A stretch of 64,000 nucleotides of DNA, from assembly GCA_963815215.1 (NCBI GenBank), contig CAWFFU010000010.1, forward strand, positions 64,001 through 128,000, given 5' to 3'. Position 1 is the first letter of the stretch; each line of letters opens with the position of its first letter. The notes beneath the pieces are model-generated. The model saw nothing but the letters and a program-made list of their open reading frames with translations, was not told the origin of the DNA and ran no database searches. This document shows, one piece after another, positions 27,181 through 36,398 of this stretch. The position numbers and the translations under genes were made by a program. Origin of the DNA: an uncultured Trueperaceae bacterium. GTDB lineage: Bacteria > Deinococcota > Deinococci > Deinococcales > Trueperaceae.

Positions 27181-28230
27181 TCAGCGTGCTCCGGTCGCGG
27201 ACGTCGCCGGTTCGGGGCGCCTGCCGTCGAGTTCAGAGGGCGCGTGCAACTCGGCCAGCGTCGTGTCGAGTCGCTCGAGCCACGTCCGCCACAGCGGAGC
27301 CAGTGCGGGCAGCTCCGCCGCCCAGCCGGCCAGCACCGCCCGCCGCTCGCTCGTGAACCGTTCCAGGGCGGCCGTCAGGGCGGCCGATGCGTCAAGCTGC
27401 ACGGCGGCCCGCGCCAGGCTCTCCAGCATGAACGGGCGCCCACCGAAGCGCAGCGGCAGGCCCAGCTCGCCGCCGATGCGGGCGAGATCGGCGCGGCACA
27501 GGAAGAGCCCGCTGCGGTAGGGCAGGGTGAGGCGATCGACTGTCGACGCCGACGTCTCCGGCTCCTCGAGGGGCGTATCGGCCGCGTCGCGCGGCGAACC
27601 GGTCGGCGCGGGCGGCGCGCCGTCGAACAGCGCTGCCGCGTGTCCGACCAGGGTGCTGCCTGTCAGCGCCGCCGCGGCCCGGTAGAGCCCTTCGTCGACG
27701 CGGGCGACGGCGTCCAGGAATACCGGTGCCCAGGGGAGCAGGTGTTCGGCCAGCAGGACGCGCTGGGCGGTCCGGGCGCGCGCGCCAGCCGGTCCGGCCG
27801 CGCCAGCCGGTCCGGCCGCATCGGATGCGGCGGCCTCGCGCTCGAGCACCGCGGCCAGCGCGTCGAGCTGTACGGCGATATGGTCGGCGTCTGCGCCGGC
27901 CTCGAGGCGTAGGCCGAGTGCCTCCAGCACGCCGCGCGTGAGGCCGGCGCGCTCACTGACGGCCTCGCCGTCGGGGTCCAGGTAGACCGAGGCGAAGGGA
28001 TAGGCGTTGAGCACGAAGACGTGCGTGTAGGTCGCCGCTGCGCGCGGCGTGGCATGCGCTGCGAGCGCCGGCACGCTCGAGGCCAGCGCCAGCAGCTCGT
28101 CGTCGGGCTGGCGCGCGAACAGCTCGGCGAGCAGCCGGTAACTGCCGGCTCGCTCGAGGATCTCGCCGCGTTGCGGCCCGTCGACGGCACTCGCGGGAGG
28201 CTCGGAGCCGGAGTCGCGCGACTCAGCCAT
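27181..28230 (-). CDS. TorD/DmsD-family molybdoenzyme chaperone
   Basis: 'PFASVY', 'ADHIAVQL', 'EHLLPW'; overlaps the end of the Mo-enzyme gene. Confidence 0.8.
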   Translation of the reverse strand: MAESRDSGSEPPASAVDGPQRGEILERAGSYRLLAELFARQPDDELLALASSVPALAAHATPRAAATYTHVFVLNAYPFASVYLDPDGEAVSERAGLTRGVLEALGLRLEAGADADHIAVQLDALAAVLEREAAASDAAGPAGAAGPAGARARTAQRVLLAEHLLPWAPVFLDAVARVDEGLYRAAAALTGSTLVGHAAALFDGAPPAPTGSPRDAADTPLEEPETSASTVDRLTLPYRSGLFLCRADLARIGGELGLPLRFGGRPFMLESLARAAVQLDASAALTAALERFTSERRAVLAGWAAELPALAPLWRTWLERLDTTLAELHAPSELDGRRPEPATSATGAR

Positions 28231-31200
28231 CGGTGCCGGCCGGGTCGCCGCGGGGGGCTGCCCCGTCTGCGGCTTCGTCGGGGAGGGCGTAGGCGGCTGC
28301 CGACGGGTGCAGCGGTCGCGGCAGCCAGCGAGGGCGGCGCGTGCCGTCCGGGCTGTGGGTCCGGGCCGGCCGCGTCTTGGCCAGCCACTCCCGGTAGCTG
28401 CTGTGCGCGAGCTCGGTGTCGACATGGATGTCGCCGTTGCGGTCGCCGGGGCGGGCACGCTCCACGGTCACCGCCTGATGCCAGCAGTGCTGGCCGGAGA
28501 CGGGATCGGGGTGGACCTCGAAGGTGATGTTCTGGTGTACGCCCACGTCGCTCCACCAGATGCGCTGGGTGTCGGGGTCGCCGGACGCGAAGGGCTCCAC
28601 GCCCCGGGTACGGGTCATGGTCCAGCGTGAGCCGTCGCGTTCGAGCCCGACCACCGACGACAGGCCGCGGTTGCCGGCGCCGTCGTCGAGCCGCCAGCGG
28701 CCGAAGTGATGCGAGCAGGCCACGATGTCCGGCCGGATGCCCTCGGTGACCCAGGCCGGCAGCACGAAGTGGCCGATGCGGGTGCTCACCCGGAGCAGGT
28801 CGCCCGTTCGAACGCCCAGCGCGGCCGCTCGTTCCGGGTGGAGCCACAGTGGGTTGGTGTGGGCGATCTCGTCGAGCCACTTGCTGTTGGCGCTGCGCGT
28901 ATGGATCTGCACCGGCAGGCGGAAGTTGGGCATCAGCACCGTCTCGCCGGGACGCAGCGCGTCCTTGTGGACGTGACTCTTGATGTAGGTGGGGAGGGCG
29001 TACTCGGGCCAGCCCCAGTCCCGGAGGGTAGTGGAGTAGAACTCCAGTTTGCCGCTCGGGGTGGGCCAACCGCGCAGCACGCGCCCGTCGACATCGACGC
29101 CGACGGGGCTGCGTCCGTCGGGCAGCGCCGCGGCCTTGGGCCCGTAGCCGGCAGCGCCGCTACGGGCGTAGACGACGCCGTCGTGCTCGATCCGGTCGAC
29201 GAGCTCGGCGTCCGGCACCGCCTCGAGGTAGCGGGCGCTGGGCTCGGCGGTGATGCGGAAGGCGCCGTAGCGCCGCATGTAGGCCAGCGGCGTCAGGCCC
29301 TCACGGTCCGCCGCGGCGGGCAGGCCCGGCACCCCGTGGTCGAACAGGTAGCCATAGTAGTCGTCGACCGTCATCTTCTCGGCCGGGGCCGAGGTGGTCT
29401 GGGTGGCCGCCGAACTGTCGTCGGCGCGCCCGGTGCCGGCCCCGGCCGCTGCCGTCCCTGCCCCGGCTGCTGCTGGCCCTGCTGCGGCCTCCCCCGGCGC
29501 CCGCGGCTTCTCGAAGTAGCGCCGGATGCCCAGCGAGCCGTCCGGGTCGATGCGCCACGACAGCTCGATCCAGAACTCGTTCTCCTCCCACACCTCGCCC
29601 GGATTGACGTCGCGGGTGTCGTGGAAGGGCCGGCCGGTGCGCTCGTAGTGCGCGCGCATCACCGGCTGGCGGAAGCCGATCCACTGATCGCGCCCGGTCT
29701 CCTGCGACTGCACGTCGTGCCGCTCGCTGGAGTGCCCCATCGGCAGCACGTAGTCGGCGTACCAGGCCGACTCGTTCCAGGTCGGCGTGAGCGCCACGTG
29801 GCAGCCGATCTTGCTCTCGTCGGTGAGCGCCTCCAGCCAGCTGAAGCCGTCAGGGTTGGTCCACACCGGGTTGTAGACGCGCGTGAAGTAGACGTCGATG
29901 TGCCCGCGGCCGTCCCGCAGCAGGTGGGGCAGCAGGAAGCTCATCTCGAAGAACGCCAGCGGGTACTCGCCGGGCATGTGGAGATCCTGCCACCAGCTCG
30001 GTCCCGGCGCCGGCAGCGGCTGGGGCGCGACGTGCTTGGTCCAGGTGTTGGGCCAGAAGCCGCCGGGCGTCGCGATGGAGCCGGTGAGCGCGTGCAGCAG
30101 CATCAGGCAGCGGGCGATCTGCCAGCCGCCCTCGTTGCCGGCGCCGGCGCTGCGCCAGTTGTAGCTCGAGAAGCGCGTTCCCGCCCGCGCCACCAGCTCC
30201 GCCAGCGCCTCGATGCGCTCCTGCGGCACGCCGGACTCCGCACTCGCGAAGGCGAAGGTGTAGTCGCGGTAGAGCTCGGCCAGGACGCTCTCGAAGGCGT
30301 CGAAGGTGGGCGGCAGGTCGGGGTGCTCGGCCAGAAGGTAGGCTTCCCAGTTCCACCACCGCCGCACGAACTCCCGGTCGTAGGCGCCGGCGTCGATGAG
30401 GTGGCGGGCGATGGCGAGCAGCACCGCGGCTTCACTGCCCGGATAGCTGGGCAACCACAGGTCCGCTCCGGAGGCGGTGTTGCTCAGGCGCGGGTCGAAC
30501 ACCGCCACCGTCGCGCCGCGAGCGCGCGCTTCGACGATGCGCTGAGCGTGCGGGTTGAAGTAGTGGCCGGTCTCCAGGTGCGCCGACAGCAGCAGGATGA
30601 CATCCGCCTCCGCGAAGTCGGGGGACGGCCGGTCGATGCCCATCCAGAAGGCGTAGCCGGCCCGCGCATTGCTGGAGCAGATGTTGGTGTGGCTGTTGTG
30701 GCCGTCGATGCCCCAGGCCTGGAGCACGCGACTGGTGAAGCCGTCCTCGCCGGGGCGACCCACGTGGTAGACGACGTGCCGGCCCTGGTGGGCCATCACG
30801 TCGGCGCGGATGCGGCCGGCGATGTCGTCGAGCGCCTCGTCCCAGGACACCCGCGTCCAAGCGCCCTCGCCCCGCGCGCCGCTGCGCTTGAGCGGGTACA
30901 GGATGCGGTCGGGATCGGTGATCTGGTTGTGGGTGGCGGGTCCCTTGGCGCAGTTGCGGCCGCGCGAGCCCGGGTGCAGCGGGTTGCCCTCCAGCTTGCG
31001 CACCTTGCCGCTGTCGTGGTCGACATAGGCGAGCAGTCCGCAGGCCGACTCGCAGTTGAAGCACAGCGTCGGCACGAGATCGTAGTGCCGCTCGCTGGGC
31101 GCCCCCCGGTTGGAGCGCTTCTCGGCCCAGTCGTCCCAGGTGTCGGAAGGAGGGTGGCTGTCCAGGCCGATCTCGCTGGGGCCGGGGAAGGTCGTGGCGT

Positions 31201-31324
31201 GGCCTTCCGGCGAGGCGTAGCGCGGCCCGTCGTCGCTGATGCGTTGACGGGGACGCCCGCGAAGCGCCTCCAGCAGCCGCGCTCCGAGGGGAAGATCGGG
31301 ATCGGTCTTGTCGGTGGGGGACAT
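28223..31324 (-). CDS. Mo/W-bisPGD oxidoreductase catalytic subunit (Psr/Phs/Arr-like), no Tat signal
   Basis: CFNCESAC-X29-C FS0 motif, 'RILYPLKR..RGEG.W.RVSWDEALD', 'HNSHTNICSS', 'TPSGKLEF', 'ADYVLP'. Confidence 0.9.
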   Translation of the reverse strand: MSPTDKTDPDLPLGARLLEALRGRPRQRISDDGPRYASPEGHATTFPGPSEIGLDSHPPSDTWDDWAEKRSNRGAPSERHYDLVPTLCFNCESACGLLAYVDHDSGKVRKLEGNPLHPGSRGRNCAKGPATHNQITDPDRILYPLKRSGARGEGAWTRVSWDEALDDIAGRIRADVMAHQGRHVVYHVGRPGEDGFTSRVLQAWGIDGHNSHTNICSSNARAGYAFWMGIDRPSPDFAEADVILLLSAHLETGHYFNPHAQRIVEARARGATVAVFDPRLSNTASGADLWLPSYPGSEAAVLLAIARHLIDAGAYDREFVRRWWNWEAYLLAEHPDLPPTFDAFESVLAELYRDYTFAFASAESGVPQERIEALAELVARAGTRFSSYNWRSAGAGNEGGWQIARCLMLLHALTGSIATPGGFWPNTWTKHVAPQPLPAPGPSWWQDLHMPGEYPLAFFEMSFLLPHLLRDGRGHIDVYFTRVYNPVWTNPDGFSWLEALTDESKIGCHVALTPTWNESAWYADYVLPMGHSSERHDVQSQETGRDQWIGFRQPVMRAHYERTGRPFHDTRDVNPGEVWEENEFWIELSWRIDPDGSLGIRRYFEKPRAPGEAAAGPAAAGAGTAAAGAGTGRADDSSAATQTTSAPAEKMTVDDYYGYLFDHGVPGLPAAADREGLTPLAYMRRYGAFRITAEPSARYLEAVPDAELVDRIEHDGVVYARSGAAGYGPKAAALPDGRSPVGVDVDGRVLRGWPTPSGKLEFYSTTLRDWGWPEYALPTYIKSHVHKDALRPGETVLMPNFRLPVQIHTRSANSKWLDEIAHTNPLWLHPERAAALGVRTGDLLRVSTRIGHFVLPAWVTEGIRPDIVACSHHFGRWRLDDGAGNRGLSSVVGLERDGSRWTMTRTRGVEPFASGDPDTQRIWWSDVGVHQNITFEVHPDPVSGQHCWHQAVTVERARPGDRNGDIHVDTELAHSSYREWLAKTRPARTHSPDGTRRPRWLPRPLHPSAAAYALPDEAADGAAPRGDPAGTDG

Positions 31325-31334
31325 GCGCGCCCTC

Positions 31335-32933
31335 CTAGGCGAGCGGCACGGCCTGGCCGGCCTGGACGAAGGCGTGTTCGAAGGCCAGCAGGCCGCCGAG
31401 GGCGAGCAGCGAGGCGAGGGACAGCAGCGCCGCGCCACCGCCGAGCAGGCACAGCAGCGCGGGCGCCGTCACGCCCAGCCCGAGGCCCCACCAGAAGTAG
31501 CTCCGGAAGGCTCCGTGCGTGAGCTGGCGCTCCGCAGCGCGCGCGTGGGCGGTGGCCGTGGGCAGGGCCAGCTCGCTCAGCACCATCAACCCGTGCGCGG
31601 TCACCGAAGCCAGCAGGAACCAGCGCAACGGCGGCAGCACGCCCGCGGCGCCCGCCGCAGCGGCCGCGATCAGCAACGCCGCGCTGCCCGCCAGCACGGC
31701 TTGCACGGCCATGTGGCTGGGTAGCAGCGGGCTCTGCCACAGGTCGCGCGCTTTGGCCTGGGCGAACAGGTAGGCGGTGTAGACGGCGGTGGCCAGGGCC
31801 ACCGGCATCACGAGCCAGCCGAGCGCGCGTTGCAGGCCGCCGGCGCCGGCGAGCGAGGCTGCCAGCCAGGCCACGATCAGAGCGCCGAAGGCGCCGATGA
31901 TGAACGCCCCCCGCGTCAGCCAGGAGCGCCATTGCGGGCGCGTGAAGATCCGGTAGAAGCGCAGCGGGTGCGACAGGTCCCACACCAGCAGGGCGCCGGT
32001 GGCCGCGAGGAAGGCGCCGGCCGTGAGCGGAGCCACCCAGCGCGCCAGCGCCGACGCCACATCGAGCCAGCCGAACAGCACGGCCACCACCGCCATCAGG
32101 AAGGTACCGGCCGCGATCGACTTGGTCCAGGTGTAGAGGCTGACGCGCTCGTCCCAGGGGCGCTTGTGGGCGACGTCATAGGTGACCATGGCCGCCGCCG
32201 TGTTGCTGGTGCTCCAGCCCGCCGGCAGCCGGCTCCCGCCGTGGCCCGCCAGGTCGTCGGGCTGTTCGCTCCACTGGTGCAGCCCGCCGGGAGGCGTGGC
32301 GGCCGCCAACGGGTCGAGCAGCGCCTGGTCGATGCCCATGTAGTAGAGCTTGGGGTGGGTGTTCTTCTCGGGGCGACGCACGGCGACGTTCTCGCGCGCC
32401 ACCAGCCGCGCCACCTTGCTGTCGGGCTGGTGGATGTCGCCGACCAGGATGGCCTCGGCCGGACACACCGAGACGCAGGCCGGCTCGAGCCCCTCGTCGA
32501 TACGGTGGCTGCACATGTTGCACTTCTCGGCGCTGCCGTCGTCGGGGTTGATGAAGATGGCGTCGTAGGGGCACGCGGCGATGCAGGCCTTACAGCCGAT
32601 GCACACGTCCTTGTCGAAGTCGACGATGCCGTCGGGGCGCTGATACATGGCCGTGACCGGGCAGGCGGCCACGCACGGCGGGTCCTCGCACTGGTTGCAG
32701 CGCGTCACCTGGAAGCTGCGCCGGGTGTTGGGGAAGACGCCCTTCTCGACGTGCTTGACGAAGGTGCGGGTGACGCCGACGGGCACCTCGTTCTCGCTCT
32801 TGCAGGCGACCGTGCAGGCGTGGCAGCCCACGCAGCGGGTGTGGTCGATGACCTTGATCCACTGCGGGTCGTGACGGCGGTAGAGGTCGTCGAGCAGGGC
32901 GGCGCCCCGCTCGGCCGGTGCCGGATGGGTCAT
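31335..32933 (-). CDS. Four-cluster 4Fe-4S protein fused to NrfD/PsrC membrane anchor
   Basis: CVGCHAC, CNQC..PPC, CIGCKAC, KCNMC..PAC motifs followed by 'DLSHPLRF...SWLTRG' and multiple TM helices. Confidence 0.9.
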   Translation of the reverse strand: MTHPAPAERGAALLDDLYRRHDPQWIKVIDHTRCVGCHACTVACKSENEVPVGVTRTFVKHVEKGVFPNTRRSFQVTRCNQCEDPPCVAACPVTAMYQRPDGIVDFDKDVCIGCKACIAACPYDAIFINPDDGSAEKCNMCSHRIDEGLEPACVSVCPAEAILVGDIHQPDSKVARLVARENVAVRRPEKNTHPKLYYMGIDQALLDPLAAATPPGGLHQWSEQPDDLAGHGGSRLPAGWSTSNTAAAMVTYDVAHKRPWDERVSLYTWTKSIAAGTFLMAVVAVLFGWLDVASALARWVAPLTAGAFLAATGALLVWDLSHPLRFYRIFTRPQWRSWLTRGAFIIGAFGALIVAWLAASLAGAGGLQRALGWLVMPVALATAVYTAYLFAQAKARDLWQSPLLPSHMAVQAVLAGSAALLIAAAAAGAAGVLPPLRWFLLASVTAHGLMVLSELALPTATAHARAAERQLTHGAFRSYFWWGLGLGVTAPALLCLLGGGAALLSLASLLALGGLLAFEHAFVQAGQAVPLA

Positions 32934-32937
32934 GGAC

Positions 32938-32958
32938 TGTGATTTTAAATCAAAAATT
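32938..32958 (-). promoter_or_regulatory. AT-rich palindrome TGATTT-T-AAATCA overlapping a TAAAAT -10 of the Mo operon
   Basis: Palindrome 32940-32952; minus-strand TAAAAT (32947-32942) lies 8 nt before ATG 32933. Confidence 0.55.
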
Positions 32959-33112
32959 GCTGAGACACAATTCGGCGACCCTGGGGCGGGAGGTCGACCG
33001 TACGCTGCAGGACGCCCCGGCGCGTTCCGGTGGGCGTCCGTCCGGCTATCATGCGGCGGATGGAAGACGCACGCGACCACCCCGCGCCGCCCCCGTCGGG
33101 GTCGGGAGGAGC

Positions 33113-33985
33113 ATGAGTGAGGGGCCCACTGCGCTCCTCGGGCGCCTCGAGACCCTCGAGGAGGAGCTGGCTGGCGTCCTCGGCGTTGCGGCGCATCGAC
33201 TGGAGCGGGCCGAGCGCGGGAACGCCGCCGCGCGGGGGGCGGCCTCGTACCGCTCGGACGAGGGTTTCCCCGCCGCCTCCACCATCAAGGTGTTCGTCCT
33301 GCAGGCGCTGCTCGAGCGCGTCGCGGCCGGTCGTATCGGCTTGGACGACGAGATCGAGCTGCGGGGGGTCGACCAGGTTACCGGGTCAGGGGTCCTGAAG
33401 GCCCTGTCGCCGGGCCGCGCCTACACGGTGCGCGACCTGGCGACCCTGATGATCGTCGTCAGCGACAACACCGCGACGAACCTCCTGATCGAGCGCCTGG
33501 GCGTGGACGCGGTCAACGACGCCACCGCGGCGCACGGCTGGCGCGAGACGCACCTGGCAGGCCTGCTGCAACGGCCCGACCTGCGCGCTGCTGGGGACAC
33601 GCGGGTCTCGACCACCTCGCCGCGCGACCTCGCCGACGCCTTCGCGCGGCTGTGGCGAGGGGAGCTGCTACCCCCCGACCTGACCGAGGTCGCCCGCGGC
33701 ATCTACCGCCGGCAGCAGGCGACCGACCTGCTCGGTCGGTTCCTGCCCTTCGACGCCTACCGCACCGAGACCGGCGAGGACCGCTTCGTCATCGCCTCCA
33801 AGTACGGGGCGTTGCGCGGGGTGCGCAACGACGCCGGAGTGATCGACGACGGAGACGTCCGCTACGTCGTCGCCGTCATGACGCGCGGCTGCCCCGACGA
33901 GCGCTTCCATCCCGACAACCGCGGCAGCCTGGTCGTGAGCCGGGTGTCGCGCGCACTCTACGAGCACTTCGTGCCCGGCGCCTAG
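33113..33985 (+). CDS. Serine hydrolase, class A beta-lactamase-like fold, no signal peptide
   Basis: SxxK 'ASTIK', 'SDN', 'KYG' in place of KTG; RBS GGAGG. Confidence 0.85.
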   Translation: MSEGPTALLGRLETLEEELAGVLGVAAHRLERAERGNAAARGAASYRSDEGFPAASTIKVFVLQALLERVAAGRIGLDDEIELRGVDQVTGSGVLKALSPGRAYTVRDLATLMIVVSDNTATNLLIERLGVDAVNDATAAHGWRETHLAGLLQRPDLRAAGDTRVSTTSPRDLADAFARLWRGELLPPDLTEVARGIYRRQQATDLLGRFLPFDAYRTETGEDRFVIASKYGALRGVRNDAGVIDDGDVRYVVAVMTRGCPDERFHPDNRGSLVVSRVSRALYEHFVPGA

Positions 33986-34070
33986 CGCTCCGGGCGGGCC
34001 GAGGGACGTCGCTTGGGGAGTGCGGCTCCGTCGGCGCCGGCGTCGGGGAGCGCCCCGGCCGCCGGCCGGG

Positions 34071-35186
34071 CTACCGCGCCCTCGCCGTGTTGGCGTTGTC
34101 GTGCCGGAACTCCGGCCAGGAGGACGCTGCCGGCCCGTAGGCGCCGCCGTTGACGGCATAGAGATCGTTGTCCCAGGAGCCGACGTAGATGGTGCCGTGG
34201 TCGCCGACGGCCGGCGACGAGGTGATGTAGTACGCCGTCTTCACCTTCCACGCCAGCGTGCCGTCGGGGTGGAGCGCGTACAGGTGCTCGTCGTCGGAGC
34301 CGACGTAGATCGTGCCGTCCCGTCCCACGGCCGGCGACGAGGTGATGTAGTCGCCGGTCTTGAAGGCCCAGGCGAGGCTGCCGTCGGGCTTGAGCGCCAC
34401 CAGGTCGTGGCTCTCCGAGCCGACGTAGATCGTCCCGTCCGGCGCGATGGCGGGCGAGGAGTACACGATGTCGCCGGTGGCGTAGCTCCAGCGCAGCTTC
34501 CCGCCCGGGCCGAAGGCGTACACGGAGCCGCCGCTGGAGCCCACGACGACCTCGCCGCCCGGCCCCAGCGCCGGAGAGGACAGCACCTCGCCGCCCGTCT
34601 GCGCCTTCCAGGCGAGCGTGCCGTCGGGGCGCACGGCGTAGAGGAAGGTGTCGTTCGAGCCGACGTAGATCGTCCCGTCCGGCGCGATGGCGGGCGAAGA
34701 GTAGACGATGCCGCCGGTCGCGAAGCGCCACGCCACCGTGCCGTCGGGGTGGAAGGCGTAGAGGTTGCCGTCGCCCGAGCCGACGTAGATGGTCCCGTCG
34801 GGCGCGATGGCCGGCGAGGAGTTGACCCCGTCGCCGGCCCGCGTCTTCCACGCCAGCGTGCCGTCGGGGTGGAAGGCGTAGAGGTTGCCGTCGCCCGAGC
34901 CGACGTAGATGGTGCCGTCCGATCCCACCGCGGGCGAGGAGTACACGATGCCGCCGGTCGACGCCTTCCACTTCAGGCTGCCGCCGGGAGTGAAGGCGTA
35001 GAGCCGGCCATCGTCGGAGCCGACGTAGATGGTGCCGTCGGGCGCGATGGCCGGCGAGGACTGGATCCAGTCGCCGGTCGGGTAGCGCCAGGCCACGCTG
35101 CCGGCAGCGGGAGCCTGGCCGTGAGCCGCAGACGCGACCGCCACCAGCGTGACGAGGGCGAGCGTGAGGAGGCGCGGGCGCGTCAT
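34071..35186 (-). CDS. Secreted PQQ-like (BamB-type) eight-repeat beta-propeller
   Basis: Signal peptide; repeats 'SSPAIAPDGTIYVGS.DG.LYA..PDGTLAW'. Confidence 0.9.
   Translation of the reverse strand: MTRPRLLTLALVTLVAVASAAHGQAPAAGSVAWRYPTGDWIQSSPAIAPDGTIYVGSDDGRLYAFTPGGSLKWKASTGGIVYSSPAVGSDGTIYVGSGDGNLYAFHPDGTLAWKTRAGDGVNSSPAIAPDGTIYVGSGDGNLYAFHPDGTVAWRFATGGIVYSSPAIAPDGTIYVGSNDTFLYAVRPDGTLAWKAQTGGEVLSSPALGPGGEVVVGSSGGSVYAFGPGGKLRWSYATGDIVYSSPAIAPDGTIYVGSESHDLVALKPDGSLAWAFKTGDYITSSPAVGRDGTIYVGSDDEHLYALHPDGTLAWKVKTAYYITSSPAVGDHGTIYVGSWDNDLYAVNGGAYGPAASSWPEFRHDNANTARAR
34150..35100 (-). repeat. Eight intragenic 120-bp (40-aa) tandem repeats
   Basis: GAGCCGACGTAGAT at 34177, 34297, 34417, (34537 variant), 34657, 34777, 34897, 35017. 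Confidence 0.9.
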
Positions 35187-35275
35187 CGGCCGTAGCCTAC
35201 GGCCCGACGCTTCGGTTCGTGTGAGCGTGCCGGCCGGCGACCGCTCGGGGCACCCGCCGGGGCAACCGGCGAGGC

Positions 35276-36259
35276 TCAGGTGGAGGGGTTCGCGGTCTCC
35301 TCGCTCCGGTCCGTCGCGGGTGGCGGCGCCGGCGACAGCGCGGAGAGCTCCACGCGCTGCTCGGGGGAGAGCTCGAGCTCGGCGGCGGCCAGTGAGGGCT
35401 CGAGTTGCTCCACGTCGCGGGCGCCGATGATCGGCGCGGTGACGCCGGGGTGGCTCCGCACCCAGGCGACGGCCAGCGTGGCGGGGTGCACGTCGCGCTC
35501 GCGGGCGTAGACGGTGAGCGCGTCGGCCACGTGCAGGTAGCGTTCGCCGCCGTAGCGCGAGGCGTACATGCTGTTGTCGACCAGGCGTCCGCCGTCGGGC
35601 CTGCGGCCGACGCCGTACTTGCCGGTGAGCAGCCCGCCTCCGAGTGGGCTGTAGGGCACGACGGCCAGGCGTTCGGCCTGCGCCATCGGCAGGATCTCCA
35701 CCTCGACCTGGCGCTTGGCGAGGCTGTACATCGGCTGAACCACCTCGAAGCGCGCGAGCTGCTCGCGCGCGCTGACGCCGAGCGCCTTCTCGATCTGCCA
35801 GGCCGCCCAGTTGCTGACGGCAGGGTAGAGGATGAGACCGCGCTGCACGAGGTGATCCAGAGCGCGCACGGCCTCGTCGATGGGCGTCAGCGGGTCGAAC
35901 TGGTGGACGTAGTAGACGTCGATTCGATCGGTCTGCAGGCGGCGCAGGCTCGCCTCGACAGCACGGATCAGGTTGCGCCTGGAGAGGCCGCGGTCGTTGG
36001 GGTCGTCGCTCATGCGCCCGAACCCCTTGCTGGCGATGACCAGCTCGTCGCGATGGTCGCGCATGAGCGTGCCCAGGATGGACTCCGAACGGCCCCGGCC
36101 GTAGACGTTGGCGGTGTCGAAGAAGTTGATGCCGGCATCGAGGCAGCGCCGGAACAGGCGCGCGGACTCGGTCTCGTCGGCAGTGGTGCCGAAGGACATG
36201 GTGCCGAAGCAGAGCGAGGAGACCTGTACGCCGGTGCGGCCGAGAGTGCGGAGTTCCAT
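35276..36259 (-). CDS. Aldo/keto reductase
   Basis: 'LGRTGVQVSSLCFGTM', 'FDTANVY', 'PYSPLGGGLLTGKY'. Confidence 0.92.
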   Translation of the reverse strand: MELRTLGRTGVQVSSLCFGTMSFGTTADETESARLFRRCLDAGINFFDTANVYGRGRSESILGTLMRDHRDELVIASKGFGRMSDDPNDRGLSRRNLIRAVEASLRRLQTDRIDVYYVHQFDPLTPIDEAVRALDHLVQRGLILYPAVSNWAAWQIEKALGVSAREQLARFEVVQPMYSLAKRQVEVEILPMAQAERLAVVPYSPLGGGLLTGKYGVGRRPDGGRLVDNSMYASRYGGERYLHVADALTVYARERDVHPATLAVAWVRSHPGVTAPIIGARDVEQLEPSLAAAELELSPEQRVELSALSPAPPPATDRSEETANPST

Positions 36260-36398
36260 GGTGCCCCTTTCCGGGTGATGGCTCGAGGGAGTCGGTGGCG
36301 GTGGCCGCGGTCAGCATAGCGGGTGGCCGGCTGCGGGCGCCCGCTATGCCGCCGGCGCCGCCGGAGCGTGTCCAGGCGTAGGCCCGCGGGTCGATCGG

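Noticed and set aside
28706..31522. 938-aa plus-strand ORF, and similar long antisense ORFs (2286-4298, 14793-16499, 56289-58022, 61527-63683)
   Set aside because: Shadow frames opposite well-supported genes; expected in high-GC3 DNA and lacking any recognisable motifs.
32938..32955. Canonical FNR/CRP/Rex site
   Set aside because: Half-site spacing differs by one base from each consensus; kept only as an unassigned palindrome.
33113..33985. Possible beta-lactam resistance gene
   Set aside because: No signal peptide and KYG instead of KTG; only the fold-level call is supported.
34071..36317. 748-aa ORF suggesting a long fusion
   Set aside because: The upstream part overlaps the aldo/keto reductase in another frame; the real gene starts at ATG 35186 with a signal peptide.
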